A stretch of 64,000 nt of DNA from an uncultured Planctomycetota bacterium (GCA_963737655.1 CAVTTN010000002.1:2816001-2880000); one strand, 5' to 3'; counted from the stretch's first letter, positions 11,128 to 21,708 are shown. Numbers and translations are program-made. The notes: a model not told the origin generated them from the letters alone.

Positions 11128-11264
11128 GGTGCATGAAATGCATCAAGGCATGCGGCGGGAATCGCTCGCCATCCCCATTCCTCACGTCTCCTCGGCCGGA
11201 GATCGAGGGAAAAGGATGGCGGGCGATTCCCGCCGCTGGCATTGGTGCATTGCATGCACCTTAC
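11124..11264. repeat. REP doublet (REPIN-like), family A
   Basis: GTAAGGTGCATGAAATGCATCAA ... TTGGTGCATTGCATGCACCTTAC inverted ends, plus an inner 23-bp inverted arm with 1 mismatch. Confidence 0.85.
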
Positions 11265-12717
11265 TTGGGTGATTTCAGCGAGTCCTTGAGGACCTCGCCG
11301 GCGCCGTTCGGGCGCCGGGCTGCGGGGCCGGGTTGTCCGATTCCTTGGGCTTGGCCTTTTCGTCGATCACGGACGACTTGAGCACTTCTCCGGCGGTCTT
11401 CGGGGCGTTGTCGGGCTTGATGTGCGCTCCGCCGATGCTTTGAACGCCGTTGCCCATGACGTTCAGGGCGTGTTCGAGGCTCCCGAGGAACAGGCCGAGG
11501 CCCTGGGCGTCGGCCTGGCGGTCTGCACCGAGGGTTTCGATGGCCTTGCGTCCGTAGGCCTCGACCTTGTTCTCGGCGTCCACGACCTCGGAGACCGGGG
11601 CCCGGCCGTCCTTCTTGTAGGCCGAAGCCACGTCCTGCACCGCCTTGTCGGCGTCGCTTCGGGCCGCGGCGACGTCCCCCGGCGAGGTCGGCGCCCCGGA
11701 CGGCCACTGGATTTGTCCCTTGTCGTCCACCACCTTCGCGATCGGCAGATAGTTGTGCCGGGCCGCGCGATTCGGCTGGGCGTTGTTCGTGGTCCAGCGG
11801 ATTGGGAACTTGGACTGGGCGGGCGCGGTCATCGGGTAGTTGTTGGCGGCGGTGGTCCGGGCCATCGTGTTGTAGAAGTTCGCCGCGGCATACGCCTGGA
11901 CGGCCTCGGCCGTGTTCAGGTTGTAACGGCTGTTGGCCAGGGCGTAATTCTCGGTGATCGCGGCGACCTCGTTGTAAGGAGAGATCCCGCCGAGATAGCC
12001 GCCGTAGCCGCCGAATCCTCCGAATCCGTAGCCGCCGAGTCCGCCGTATCCTCCGAACCCGTACCCGTTGCCGTATCCGAAGGGCGAGACTCCGCCGAGC
12101 AATCCCTGGTAGTTCAATGCCCCGGCCAGCGCATTGCCCGGGACGGGGCTATTGTAATAGCCGGGGGTCGTGCCGAAGGGGGTGCTGTAGTACCCGCCGG
12201 TCAAGCCCGTGGGATTGCCGTAGGAGCCGTTGCCGAAGCCGAACGGCATGTTGTATGAGAACGGATAGGGGTTCATGAAATTCGCGCCCGGAGAGAGGAA
12301 ACCCGAGCTGTAGCCACCATAGCCCCCGTAGCCGCCGACGTTCGTGTACCCGTAGCCGGGCCCCACATACTCGTTGGCGAAGTTGAACGCGGGGTAGCCT
12401 CCGTATCCCATCCCGCCGATGTTGTTGGAGAACGCCAGGTTGCCGGCGGGGTTACCCATCAGCGGGTTGGTCAGGTAATTGTTCGGACGCCCCGGAGGCT
12501 GGAAGGACGCGAGGTTGTAGGTCAGCGGGTTGGAGCCGAGGTTCGCCGGGTTGTTGCCGGGATTCCTCTGAAACGGATTCATGGCGGTCGCTCCGCCAGG
12601 ATGGGCGCCCGCCCCGCGATTCTGGGCGAGGACCGGGGACCCGGCGGCGAGGACCAGGGGGGCCGAGGCGAGGACGACGCCCACCAGACGTTTCGCGGAG
12701 AAGATTCGGCGGTTCAT
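11261..12717 (-). CDS. Secreted Gly/Tyr/Asn-rich low-complexity protein (probable frameshift ~11310)
   Basis: Signal peptide (MNRRIFSAKRLVGVVLASAPLVLAAGSPVLAQ), long GYGG/NP-rich tract, helical C-terminal domain. Confidence 0.8.
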
Positions 12718-12842
12718 GGCGAATGGCCCCCGAAGGCTGATCCGGGCCGCCCCTCGAAGTGGGTCCGATTCGCCCGGCGTTTGGTATTGCACTTGCACGA
12801 GAGAGTCTTCATGCAAGTGCCGGGCCGGGATGGAGGCCGGCG

Positions 12843-13271
12843 ATGCGGGAGCCGAGGAACATGTTGGCCACTTCCCCCCGTCTGTTCAGCCCTCGACCCG
12901 TCCCTCGGGAGAGGATCCTGATTATCGAAGATGACCCCAATACTCGGTGGGTCCTCAAGGCCCTCCTGACCCGGGCTGGATACGACTGCCGGACTGCCTC
13001 CGACGGCTCCGAAGGGCTGGTGATGGCCTCGGAGTTTCATCCTTCGGCGATCCTGATGGACGTGATGATGCCCGTCCTCGACGGGCTCGAGACGACCCGC
13101 CGGCTCAAGGCCGACGTGGAGACCGCCGGAATCCCGGTCGTCATGATGACCGCCGACATCACCCATTCCGGCGAGATCGCCGCCCGGAACGCCGGTTGCG
13201 ATGCCTTCCTCGCCAAGCCGGTGGTCCTGAAGGAGCTCCTTCACGAGCTGGAAAGCCGCCTGAGCGAGTGA
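12843..13271 (+). CDS. Single-domain response regulator (CheY/DivK-like)
   Basis: ILIIEDD, ILMDVMMPVLDG, TAD, AKP. Confidence 0.9.
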   Translation: MREPRNMLATSPRLFSPRPVPRERILIIEDDPNTRWVLKALLTRAGYDCRTASDGSEGLVMASEFHPSAILMDVMMPVLDGLETTRRLKADVETAGIPVVMMTADITHSGEIAARNAGCDAFLAKPVVLKELLHELESRLSE

Positions 13272-13319
13272 GCGGCCGTCGGCGGAGGTCGGCGTCCGGG
13301 ATGGCCGGTTCCGTCCGGC

Positions 13320-13349
13320 TTGTCGGGGAGCCCGCGGGGCCTTTATAAT
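13320..13349 (+). promoter_or_regulatory. Putative sigma70 promoter for dxr-rseP
   Basis: TTGTCG-N18-TATAAT. Confidence 0.5.
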
Positions 13350-13402
13350 CAGCGGCGCGACGATGGCCCCGCCCTCCAGTCCTCGATCCGGCCCCTCTCC
13401 CG

Positions 13403-14592
13403 ATGTCCGAAGGCCAAGGCTCCTCTGATGATGCGCCCGACCGACGAACGTCGTGGTCCTGGGCTCGACCGGCTCGGTGGGCCGGGGGGCGTTGAGCGTC
13501 CTGGAGCACGACGGGGGCCGGCGGCTCGTGGCGTTCGGCCTGGCGGCCCATCGAGACGTCAATCGCCTGCTCGCCCAGGCCCGAAGCGTCCGCCCCCGAT
13601 TCCTCGCCCTGGCCGATCCCGCCGCCGCCGCATCCGTGGATGGACAATTGCGCGGGACCGGAACCGAACTGCTCGTCGGCCCCGAGGGCATCGAAGCGAT
13701 GGTCCGCCATCCCGAGGTCGACCGCGTCCTCACGGCCATCGTCGGCGTCGCCGGTCTGGAAGGGACATGGGCGGCCGTCGATTCGGGCAAGACCGTCGCC
13801 CTGGCGAACAAGGAGGCGCTGGTCGTCGCCGGGGGCCTCGTGACCGAGCGAGCCCGGCAGACCGGGGCCACCCTCCTGCCGGTCGATAGCGAGCATTCGG
13901 CCGTCTTCCAGGCGATGAAGGGCGGGCGGGCGAAGGAGGTCCGCCGGGTGATCCTCACGTCCTCCGGGGGCCCGTTCCGAGGACGGACGAGGAGCCAGCT
14001 TCGCGACGTGACCCGCGAGCAGGCGCTGGATCATCCGACGTGGAAGATGGGCCCGAAGATCTCGATCGACTCGGCGACCCTGATGAACAAGGCCCTGGAG
14101 GTCATCGAGGCCCGCTGGCTGTTCGACCTGCGGCCCGAGCAGATCGAGGTGGTGGTTCATCCCGAGAGCGTCGTCCATTCGATGGTCGAGTTCGTCGACG
14201 GCAGCACCCTGGCGCAGCTCTCTCCGCCGGACATGAGGTTGCCGATCCAGTACGCGCTGACATATCCCGACCGGGTGCCGGGCCCGTGCCCCTTGCTGGA
14301 CCTGACCCGCGCCTCGGCCCTCCATTTCGAGCCTCCCGACCGCGAGACGTTCCCCTGTCTTGACCTGGGCTTCGAGGTCATGGCTCGCGGGGGGACCGCC
14401 GGAGCGGCCCTGAACGCCGCCAACGAGGCGGCCGTCGGCCGGTTCCTCGATGGCTCGATCGGCTTCCTCGACATCCCCCGGGCCTGCCGGGCAGCCCTGG
14501 ATCACCATTCGTTCGACCCGAACCCGTCGCTGACCGACCTGCGGAAGGTCGACGCGAGGGCCCGGCAGGAGGTGGCGCGTTGGCGGCCTTAG
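13403..14592 (+). CDS. dxr: 1-deoxy-D-xylulose-5-phosphate reductoisomerase (start uncertain; possible frameshift ~13440)
   Basis: VLGSTGSVG, LANKE, PVDSEHSA, HPTWKMGPKISIDSATLMNK. Confidence 0.96.
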
Positions 14593-16644
14593 TCAATAAC
14601 CTGTACGCCGGGGTCCTGGTGGCCCTGGGCATCGGGTTCGTGATCTTCATCCACGAGCTCGGGCACTTCCTCCTGGCCAAGTGGGCCGGCGTGAGGGTCG
14701 ACGCCTTCGCGATCGGCTTCGGGCCGGTCCTCGTGGCCTATCGCAAGGGCGTGGGGCTGCGGATGGGCTCGACCTCTCGCGACTACGCCGCGAGGATGGT
14801 GGCGGCCGAGGCCGGCGACCCCTCGGCGATCGCCGGCGTCAGCGAGACCGAATACTCGCTCCGGGCCCTGCCCCTGGGCGGCTTCGTCAAGATGCTGGGC
14901 GAGGGGGACGCCGGCGAGACCGAGGTCTCGAGCGACCCTCGCGCCTACCCCAACAAGACCGTCGGCGCGGATGGCGATCATCTCGGCCGGCGTCATCATG
15001 AACATGATTTTTGGACTCTGTTGCAATACCTGGGTTTATCTGTCGGGCACGCCCGAGACCCCCGCCGTGATCGGCGCCGTGGTGGCCGGGCAGCCCGCCT
15101 ACGAGGCCGGGCTTCGGCCCGGCGACGAGATCGTCGCGATCGACGGCCGCACCGACGTCACGTTCCGCGACCTGATCAATCGGGTCCTGCTGAGCGGCAA
15201 GGGCCAGAGGATCCACCTGGAGCTGAAGCGACCCGGCCAGGAGGCGCTGGTCGGGGCGGACATCGAGCCCAGGAGGGCCGCCAAGGCCCAGGCGCCGACC
15301 ATCGGCATCACCCCCTCCTACGCCCCGGAGATCTTCCGCCTCGCGCCCTGGCTTGAAAACCCCAAGAACGACGAGGTCCAGCCGAGGATCGACCGGGTCA
15401 AGACGGTCTCCGGGCCCGACGGCACGGCTCGATCGGTCTCCGGTTTCCTCGACCTGGCGGGAATCCTCATGCAGGAGCGTTCGTCGCCCGTCCGGATCGT
15501 CGCCGAGCCGGTCGCCGACTCCTCGCCCTCGGGGACGATCAAGCCGCAGCCGGCCGACGTCTCGGCCACCGTGCCTCCCCGGGCGTTCGTCGGCCTGGGT
15601 CTGCGAATGGGGCTCGGTCCGGTCGCGGCGATCCGGACCGATTCGCCCGGGGCGAAGGCGGGCTTTCGGGTCGGCGACGTGATCGTCTCGGCCCACGGCC
15701 GGGTGGACCTCGACCCGATGAGACTGCCCGACCTGGTGTACGACCGCCGGGGCCAGCCGATGACCTTCGAGGTCCGCCGTCCCCTGGTCGGGAAGGACGC
15801 GGGCAAGGAGGAGAGGATCACCCTGACCGCCTCGCCCGACGCTTCGCTCCCCTGGATCGAGTCGCACGACATGGCCGAGCCCCTGGACATCGCCGGATTG
15901 GGCCTGGCCGTGACGGTCTCGCCCAAGGTCGCCGCCGTCGAACCTGGATCGCCGGCCGAGAAGGCGGGGATCAAGCCGGGAGACGTCCTGGCCTCGGTAA
16001 GCTTTCCCAAGGCGACCGCCGAGAAGAAGACCGGCAAGATCGAGTGGCGGGAGCCGAACGCTCTGGACGGCGAAACGACGTGGCCGTGGGTCTTCGAGCA
16101 GATGCAGGAGCTTGGGCCCGACCAGCCGATCAAGCTCGCCCTGGTCGGCGGACGAACAGTCGAGGTCAAACCTGAAGCCCTGGACGGCTGGTTCGATCCT
16201 CTCCACGGGCTGAAGTTCGCCGCGTTGATTCGGATGTTGCCGCCCCAGCCGCTCGGCGCGGCCCTTCGCCGAGGCGGCGAGGACACGGTGGACATGGCCC
16301 TGTCCCTCTTCACGTCGATCCGCAGCCTCTTTCAGGGCCGGATCGGCGCGGGGATGTTCGCGGGACCGCCGAAGCTCGCCGACCTGGCCTTCCAGACGGC
16401 CAAGCACGGCGGCCTCTCCAAGTTCATCCCATTCCTCGGGATGATCAGCATCAACCTCGCGGTCATCAATTTCCTGCCGATCCCCCCGCTGGATGGCGGC
16501 CAGATGACCTTCCTGATCGCCGAGAAGATCCGGGGACGGAAGCTGCCGGAGAACGCCGTGCTCTACCCTACCCTGGTCGGCCTGGCGTTCGTCCTGATTC
16601 TGTTCGTCGTGATCGTGTTCAAAGATGTGTTGAGCTATTTCTGA
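14580..16644 (+). CDS. rseP: RIP metalloprotease RseP (M50) with multiple PDZ domains; frameshift ~14968
   Basis: HELGH, PLGGFVKM, PDZ repeats, NFLPIPPLDGG; lies directly after dxr. Confidence 0.92.
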
Positions 16645-16798
16645 GGCACCTGACCCGTGCCCCATCGCTCCGGCATCTGGCGGTCATCCGGCCTCAAGGC
16701 AAGAACGATCGGGCGTGGCCTGATCCGAAGAATCCCGGACGAAATGGGACTGGCTCCTCGTCCGCGAGGTACCAGTCTTTTTTTGTCCGGGAGTTGCG

Positions 16799-16932
16799 CT
16801 GTAGAAAACCAGGGTGAGGGGGCGGAATCGAGTAGGTCCGACTTCAGTCGGGCCGACAACAAGGTCTTGTTTTGTAGGCCCGACTGAAGTCGGACCTACT
16901 TGTTGGACCTCTGCGAACCGGGTTTTCTACAG
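16799..16932. repeat. REP doublet family B (16832-16899) nested in an outer CTGTAGAAAACC inverted repeat
   Basis: GTAGGTCCGACTTCAGTCGGGCC ... GGCCCGACTGAAGTCGGACCTAC, flanked symmetrically by CTGTAGAAAACC / GGTTTTCTACAG. Confidence 0.88.
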
Positions 16933-16945
16933 GGCATCCGGGAGC

Positions 16946-17350
16946 CTAAACCTGGGGGGTGGGAATCTTGGTGGCGAGGTCGTCGTCATCGAAGATTTCC
17001 AGCTCTCGGAGGCGTTCGAGGAGGGCGGGCAGGTCGATCGGCTTGGTGATGACGTCGATGGCGCCGGCCTCCCGGGCCTGGCGCTCGGCCTGCTCGGTGG
17101 CGTCGGCCGTGATGGCGACGATCGGCAGATGGGCGGTGGTCGGGTCGGCCCGAAGACGGCGGATCAATTCCACGCCGTCCATCACCGGCATCATCAGGTC
17201 GGTCAATACGAGATGAGGGCGGAACGCGGCGAGGCAGTCCAGCGCCTCCCGGCCGTCGGTCGCTTCCTGGACGTCGAACCCGTACATCCTCAGGAGCCGC
17301 CCGAAAGCGTAGCGGAGGAACGGCGCGTCCTCGACCAGGAGCACTCGCAT
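16946..17350 (-). CDS. Single-domain response regulator
   Basis: VLLVED, LTDLMMPVMDG, ITAD, TKP. Confidence 0.9.
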   Translation of the reverse strand: MRVLLVEDAPFLRYAFGRLLRMYGFDVQEATDGREALDCLAAFRPHLVLTDLMMPVMDGVELIRRLRADPTTAHLPIVAITADATEQAERQAREAGAIDVITKPIDLPALLERLRELEIFDDDDLATKIPTPQV

Positions 17351-17859
17351 GGAATTCCCGACAAGATCGCCCACGGTACGCTCCCCCCACTCCCGGAGTC
17401 TGACCCCGGAATGCGCAAGTGCGGTCGGACCCGACGGCGCACCCATTAAGCTTTCGGGCCAGTGGCCCGCCCTCACCACACGGACTCATCACTCACCTGC
17501 GGATTCGAGCTTCTAACTTCTTAGTGGCTGCAAATCTCGGGCCGAACGCCGCGAGCCGACGGTGGAAACGGGGCGAAGGCGGGCGCGAAGGCGTTGGAAG
17601 GGCGCGGAGGGAGGTCGAACCGGCCGAGAAGATGCTTGCTTTTTCCGAGGGTCCGTGGAACCATAAGGGCACGGGCTGACCTCCTCTCTCGTGGCCCGGT
17701 CCCGTCCTCCTGTACGAATCCGATCGCGTCGTCCCTGTCCGGTCCCAGTCCCCTCTCGCCGGGGCGGTCCCGATCGCCGGGCCCATCGGCGGGCTGGGCG
17801 TTCCTTCGGCGCCCCGAGAGACGGCGGCGATGGCCCGGGGCCCCGGCGGAGGTTAGGCC

Positions 17860-19125
17860 GTGTCCACCGAGATCCACCTGGCGGGCCTGATCCTCCCCTT
17901 GCCCCACGGGCTCGACCTGACCGATTTCGACGATCGCGTGCTCCACACGGCGGGGGACCGCCCCAATACGGACACCCTCCCGGTCCTGTCCGATCCCGCC
18001 GCCGATCACCTCGACCCCGCGCTCGCCGCACGCCGGGCCGACGTCGAGGAAAAGCATCACCGGGTCATCGCCTTCCTCGACCGCTGCGGCTATGACGCCC
18101 TGGTCCTGTCTCGGGCCGATTCGGCGGCCTGGTTCACTTCCGGCGGGGAACTCGGCCGCACCAGCCTCGGCGGAGACCCCGCCAGCGTGGCCCTGTTTAT
18201 CAATCGCCACTGCCGCGCGGTCCTGTGCGACAACGTCGAAAGCGCCCGGGTCTTCGAAGAGGAACTCGCGGGGCTGGGCTTCCAGCTCAAGGAGAGGGCC
18301 TGGCACGAAGACGCCATGCGGACCCTCTCGGACCTGGCCCGCAACAAGAAGCTCGCCACCGACGCCCCCCTGCCCCTCGGGACGGACGAGCTGGCTCGCC
18401 TCCGGCCGCTTCGGTACAGCCTGACCAGGCTCGAACGCCAGAGGATGCGCGAGCTGGGCCGGACGCTCACCCTCGCGGTGGAGGCCACCTGCCGCAACTT
18501 CCGGCCCGGGGAGACCGAGGCGGACCTGGCCGGCCACCTCGCCCATCGCCTCCTGAGGGAAGGCGTCGTGCCGGTCGACCTCCGGGTGGCCGCCGACGAC
18601 CGCCTGGCCCGCTACCGCCGCCCGACGTTCAAGAACGTCGAGATTGAACGGCGAGCGACGATCTCGGCCGTCGGCCGAAGGCACGGCCTGTGCGCCTCGG
18701 TGACGCGGATCGTCTCCTTCGGGCCGGTCCCCAAGGCCGTGAGGGACGCCCACGGACTCGCCGCGATGGTCGACGCGACCTGCATCTATTTCTCCCGGCC
18801 GGGAGAGACCATCGGCGGCGCATTCCGCCGGGCCCGGCGGATTTACGAGAAATTCGACCACGCCGACGAATGGACGCTCGACGATCAGGGCGCCATCATC
18901 GCCTATTCGCCCAACGAGGTCACCCTGCTGCCCGAGAGCCTGCTGACGATCACCCCGAACACGGCATTATGCTGGAGCCCGAGCGTCGGCCCGGCGAGGT
19001 CCGAGGATACGGTGGTGATCGATTCTCGAGGTTATGAGGTCGTGACCGAGGCCCAGGTCTGGCCCAAGATGGAAGTCGTCGTCAAGGGCTTCGCGATCTC
19101 CCGGCCGGGAATCCTGGAGCGCTGA
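17860..19125 (+). CDS. M24 (Xaa-Pro aminopeptidase/creatinase-like) family protein
   Basis: AWFTSGG, PGETEADLAG, SVTRIVSFG, WSPSVGPARSEDT. Confidence 0.78.
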   Translation: MSTEIHLAGLILPLPHGLDLTDFDDRVLHTAGDRPNTDTLPVLSDPAADHLDPALAARRADVEEKHHRVIAFLDRCGYDALVLSRADSAAWFTSGGELGRTSLGGDPASVALFINRHCRAVLCDNVESARVFEEELAGLGFQLKERAWHEDAMRTLSDLARNKKLATDAPLPLGTDELARLRPLRYSLTRLERQRMRELGRTLTLAVEATCRNFRPGETEADLAGHLAHRLLREGVVPVDLRVAADDRLARYRRPTFKNVEIERRATISAVGRRHGLCASVTRIVSFGPVPKAVRDAHGLAAMVDATCIYFSRPGETIGGAFRRARRIYEKFDHADEWTLDDQGAIIAYSPNEVTLLPESLLTITPNTALCWSPSVGPARSEDTVVIDSRGYEVVTEAQVWPKMEVVVKGFAISRPGILER

Positions 19126-19212
19126 TCGCGGCGAAATGCGCTGAACATTCCGACCCCCGACGGCGAATACCAGGGAGGAGGGTCCGCCCTTCGGAAAGGA
19201 AGACCGAATCTC

Positions 19213-20016
19213 ATGCGCATCTCCTGGAAACTTGGACGGGTGGCGGGGATCGACCTGTTCCTGCACCCGACGTTCTTGCTCCTGCTCGCCTGGGGCGCCT
19301 TTCAAGGCGGCCTGGACGCCGTCTTGCTCGTCTCGGCGGTCTTCGGCTGCGTGGTCCTTCACGAGCTCGGCCACGCCCTGACGGCCCGAGGCTTCGGGAT
19401 CGCGACGCGAGACATCACGTTGTATCCGATCGGAGGCGTGGCGCGCCTCGAACGGATGCCGAAGGCCCCGGGGGCCGAGCTGCTGATTACCCTGGCGGGC
19501 CCTGCCGTGAATTTCGCCATCGCGGCCGTCCTGGCCCTGGCGTTGATGGTCGATGGCGCGCTGGATCCGGTCTCGGGCGGTTCGCGCCTGGCGGATTTCG
19601 CCGTGATCCTGATGCAGGTGAACCTCGTCCTGGGCGTATTCAACCTGATCCCAGCATTCCCGATGGATGGGGGACGGATCTTCCGGGCCTTGCTGTCGAT
19701 GCCGTTGGGCCGATACCGGGCCACGGAGATCGCGGCGGGACTCGGTCGCTGCCTGGCGGTGGCCCTGCCGTTGCTGACGATCGCCTTCGGGATGTTCAGC
19801 CCGATGCATCTCCTCCTGGCCGCGTTCGTCTACTTCGCCGCCGGGGCCGAGCTGGCCCAGGCCCGTCGAGACGAGTGGGAAAAGACCCACGGCCGGAGCG
19901 GCGTCTGGACGGCCCCTCCGGGATACCGCTGGGTCAGCCTGGGCAACGGCTTCTGGAGACTCTCGCCGGTCGTCGTGCCGATCCCGGCGGGCCGGGAGCC
20001 CAGGCCGTGGCTCTGA
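19213..20016 (+). CDS. Site-2 protease (M50B, SpoIVFB-like)
   Basis: HELGH, PIGGVA, LAGPAVN, FNLIPAFPMDGGR. Confidence 0.93.
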   Translation: MRISWKLGRVAGIDLFLHPTFLLLLAWGAFQGGLDAVLLVSAVFGCVVLHELGHALTARGFGIATRDITLYPIGGVARLERMPKAPGAELLITLAGPAVNFAIAAVLALALMVDGALDPVSGGSRLADFAVILMQVNLVLGVFNLIPAFPMDGGRIFRALLSMPLGRYRATEIAAGLGRCLAVALPLLTIAFGMFSPMHLLLAAFVYFAAGAELAQARRDEWEKTHGRSGVWTAPPGYRWVSLGNGFWRLSPVVVPIPAGREPRPWL

Positions 20017-20216
20017 CGCCGATCGTGGAACTCGGAGTCGCCGAGGCGTTCGAGATCCTCTCGCAACGCCTCGGCCTCGTCGATTTGCCGCCGCTCGACG
20101 CCATCGAGAACGAAGACTGGGGCCGCGATTTTTTGCTCTCGAAGCTCCAGGATCTCTCCGAAGAGGAGCTCGAACGGGTCGGATGCACCAAGTCCGGCGG
20201 ACTTCACACCGATTAG
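20007..20216 (+). CDS. Small acidic hypothetical protein
   Basis: 69-aa ORF overlapping the S2P stop: MALTPIVELGVAEAFEIL...ENEDWGRDFLL. Confidence 0.65.
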   Translation: MALTPIVELGVAEAFEILSQRLGLVDLPPLDAIENEDWGRDFLLSKLQDLSEEELERVGCTKSGGLHTD

Positions 20217-20530
20217 GTCCACGGCCGGACGACGCATCGGGCTTCCAGGCCCGGCGCGGTCAGGGTGAACCGGAGACCCGGCTCGACCGGCACGGCGCGA
20301 TCGAGGCGGATTCGCAGGCACGTGCAGATCCGCTCGGAGAAGGTCCCGAGCGGGGTCCGCGAGAGGACCGTTCCGGTGACCTCGGCCGTCCTTACATGGG
20401 CCGTCCAGGTCGAGCCCGGAACGCAACGATCAAGGAAGGCGTCGGTCTCGGCGTCGCCTCCCATGACGGTGGCCAGCGCCTCGATCCGGGCGACTTCGCG
20501 GCTGTCGGGCTCGCGATTCGGGGCGTCCAT
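20213..20530 (-). CDS. Small protein resembling EF-Tu/SelB domain III
   Basis: HVRTAEVTGTV ... LRIRLDRAVPVEPGLRFTL compared with EF-Tu YFRTTDVTG ... PIAMEEGLRFAI. Confidence 0.6.
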   Translation of the reverse strand: MDAPNREPDSREVARIEALATVMGGDAETDAFLDRCVPGSTWTAHVRTAEVTGTVLSRTPLGTFSERICTCLRIRLDRAVPVEPGLRFTLTAPGLEARCVVRPWT

Positions 20531-20541
20531 GACGCGGCTCC

Positions 20542-21708
20542 TCACCCTCGGCTCCTCGGCAGGATCGCCGCCGCGTAGCGGACCGGGTCGCCGGCCGACC
20601 TCGCCACTTCCGCTAGCCGATCCAGCCTCCCGGCCCGGTCGCACAGCTGCGAGATCCCCGGGACGCTCAACGACGGCTCGGGCACGTTCCGCAGGTGCTC
20701 GGCCGAGACTTCAATCGCCTCTTCCAGCCTTGCGAGCCGGACCAGCAGCCGAACCAGGACCTGGGCCGGCATCGTGTCGCCGTCGCCGTCGGGGTCGATC
20801 GGCGGCAGCTTGCCCCGAAAATGGGCGATCGCCGCACCCTCGTCCCGGCCGAGCACGCCTTTCAGATAAATCCCGTGGTCCTCATAGGTCCGGTCGAACG
20901 GCGAATCGCCCTCGTACTGGTGGCGGTCCGAAAGCCTTTGTCCGTATTCGGTCAGCTCGACGGCCCTCGCCAGGACGTCCCGGTCCTCGGCCATCGTCGA
21001 GAGCCGGACGACGGCCCCGAGGTGCGAGACGTCCAGGTGATAGGCGTCGTCGAAGAAGAGCCAATCCCGCCCTTCGAGGAGTTGAGGAACGCTCGCGCCC
21101 TCGGGAGGCATCGGCTGCCCTCGGCGGGCGATCTCGGACCTCAGGCTGTGGACGAGATGTTCGTGGAGCCGATCGATCAGCCTCTCGGCGCACGCCACTC
21201 GGAGCGATTCCTCCGGCGGGAGGCCCTCGAATGCGGTGATCGCCGAGCAAATCCCGTAATGGTCCAGGATGAGCTCGAAACCCCGGCGGGGATGCGCCCC
21301 CTGGTTGAACGCCACGTCCACGATCGGGCCGACGGACTCCTCCGGATCACTCGGGGTGAAGGCCTCGAGCGCCCTGACGATCGGCTCTTTTTCGCCGATC
21401 GCCCGAAAATAGGGCCAGGCGGCGGCCAGGTCGCCGCGATCCAGGAGCTTGGCGCCGACGGTGCGGATCGCCTCGACGTAGCGGTCTTCATACTGCGACC
21501 TCGCCGGCTCGGGCAGATCGGAGAGCGAGGCTGGGGGCACGGCGGGCAAGCCCAGGTCGTGCCGGGCCTTGAGCAAGAGGGCGTCGAGGAGACCTCGCGG
21601 GTCGTCCTCCGCGTCCATCGCCGAGACCAACCGATCAACGACCGCCGTGGGGCCGTCTTCCTTCAGGACCCGATCCAGATCGTCCAACAGGGCGTCGCGA
21701 TCGCTCAT
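20542..21708 (-). CDS. Alpha-helical hypothetical protein
   Basis: 388-aa ORF between the LOG gene and the domain-III-like gene; AWPYFRAIGE, YHLDVSHL. Confidence 0.8.
   Translation of the reverse strand: MSDRDALLDDLDRVLKEDGPTAVVDRLVSAMDAEDDPRGLLDALLLKARHDLGLPAVPPASLSDLPEPARSQYEDRYVEAIRTVGAKLLDRGDLAAAWPYFRAIGEKEPIVRALEAFTPSDPEESVGPIVDVAFNQGAHPRRGFELILDHYGICSAITAFEGLPPEESLRVACAERLIDRLHEHLVHSLRSEIARRGQPMPPEGASVPQLLEGRDWLFFDDAYHLDVSHLGAVVRLSTMAEDRDVLARAVELTEYGQRLSDRHQYEGDSPFDRTYEDHGIYLKGVLGRDEGAAIAHFRGKLPPIDPDGDGDTMPAQVLVRLLVRLARLEEAIEVSAEHLRNVPEPSLSVPGISQLCDRAGRLDRLAEVARSAGDPVRYAAAILPRSRG

Noticed and set aside
11900..12560. Short GCCGTAGCC-type DNA repeats
   Set aside because: Explained by Gly/Tyr codons of the low-complexity protein on the minus strand.
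16832..16899. Palindromic repeats as a CRISPR array
   Set aside because: The repeats are inverted pairs, not direct repeats with spacers, and no cas genes are present.
17351..17859. 500-bp intergenic region as an ncRNA or small gene
   Set aside because: No recognisable RNA motif or credible ORF; consistent with divergent promoters.
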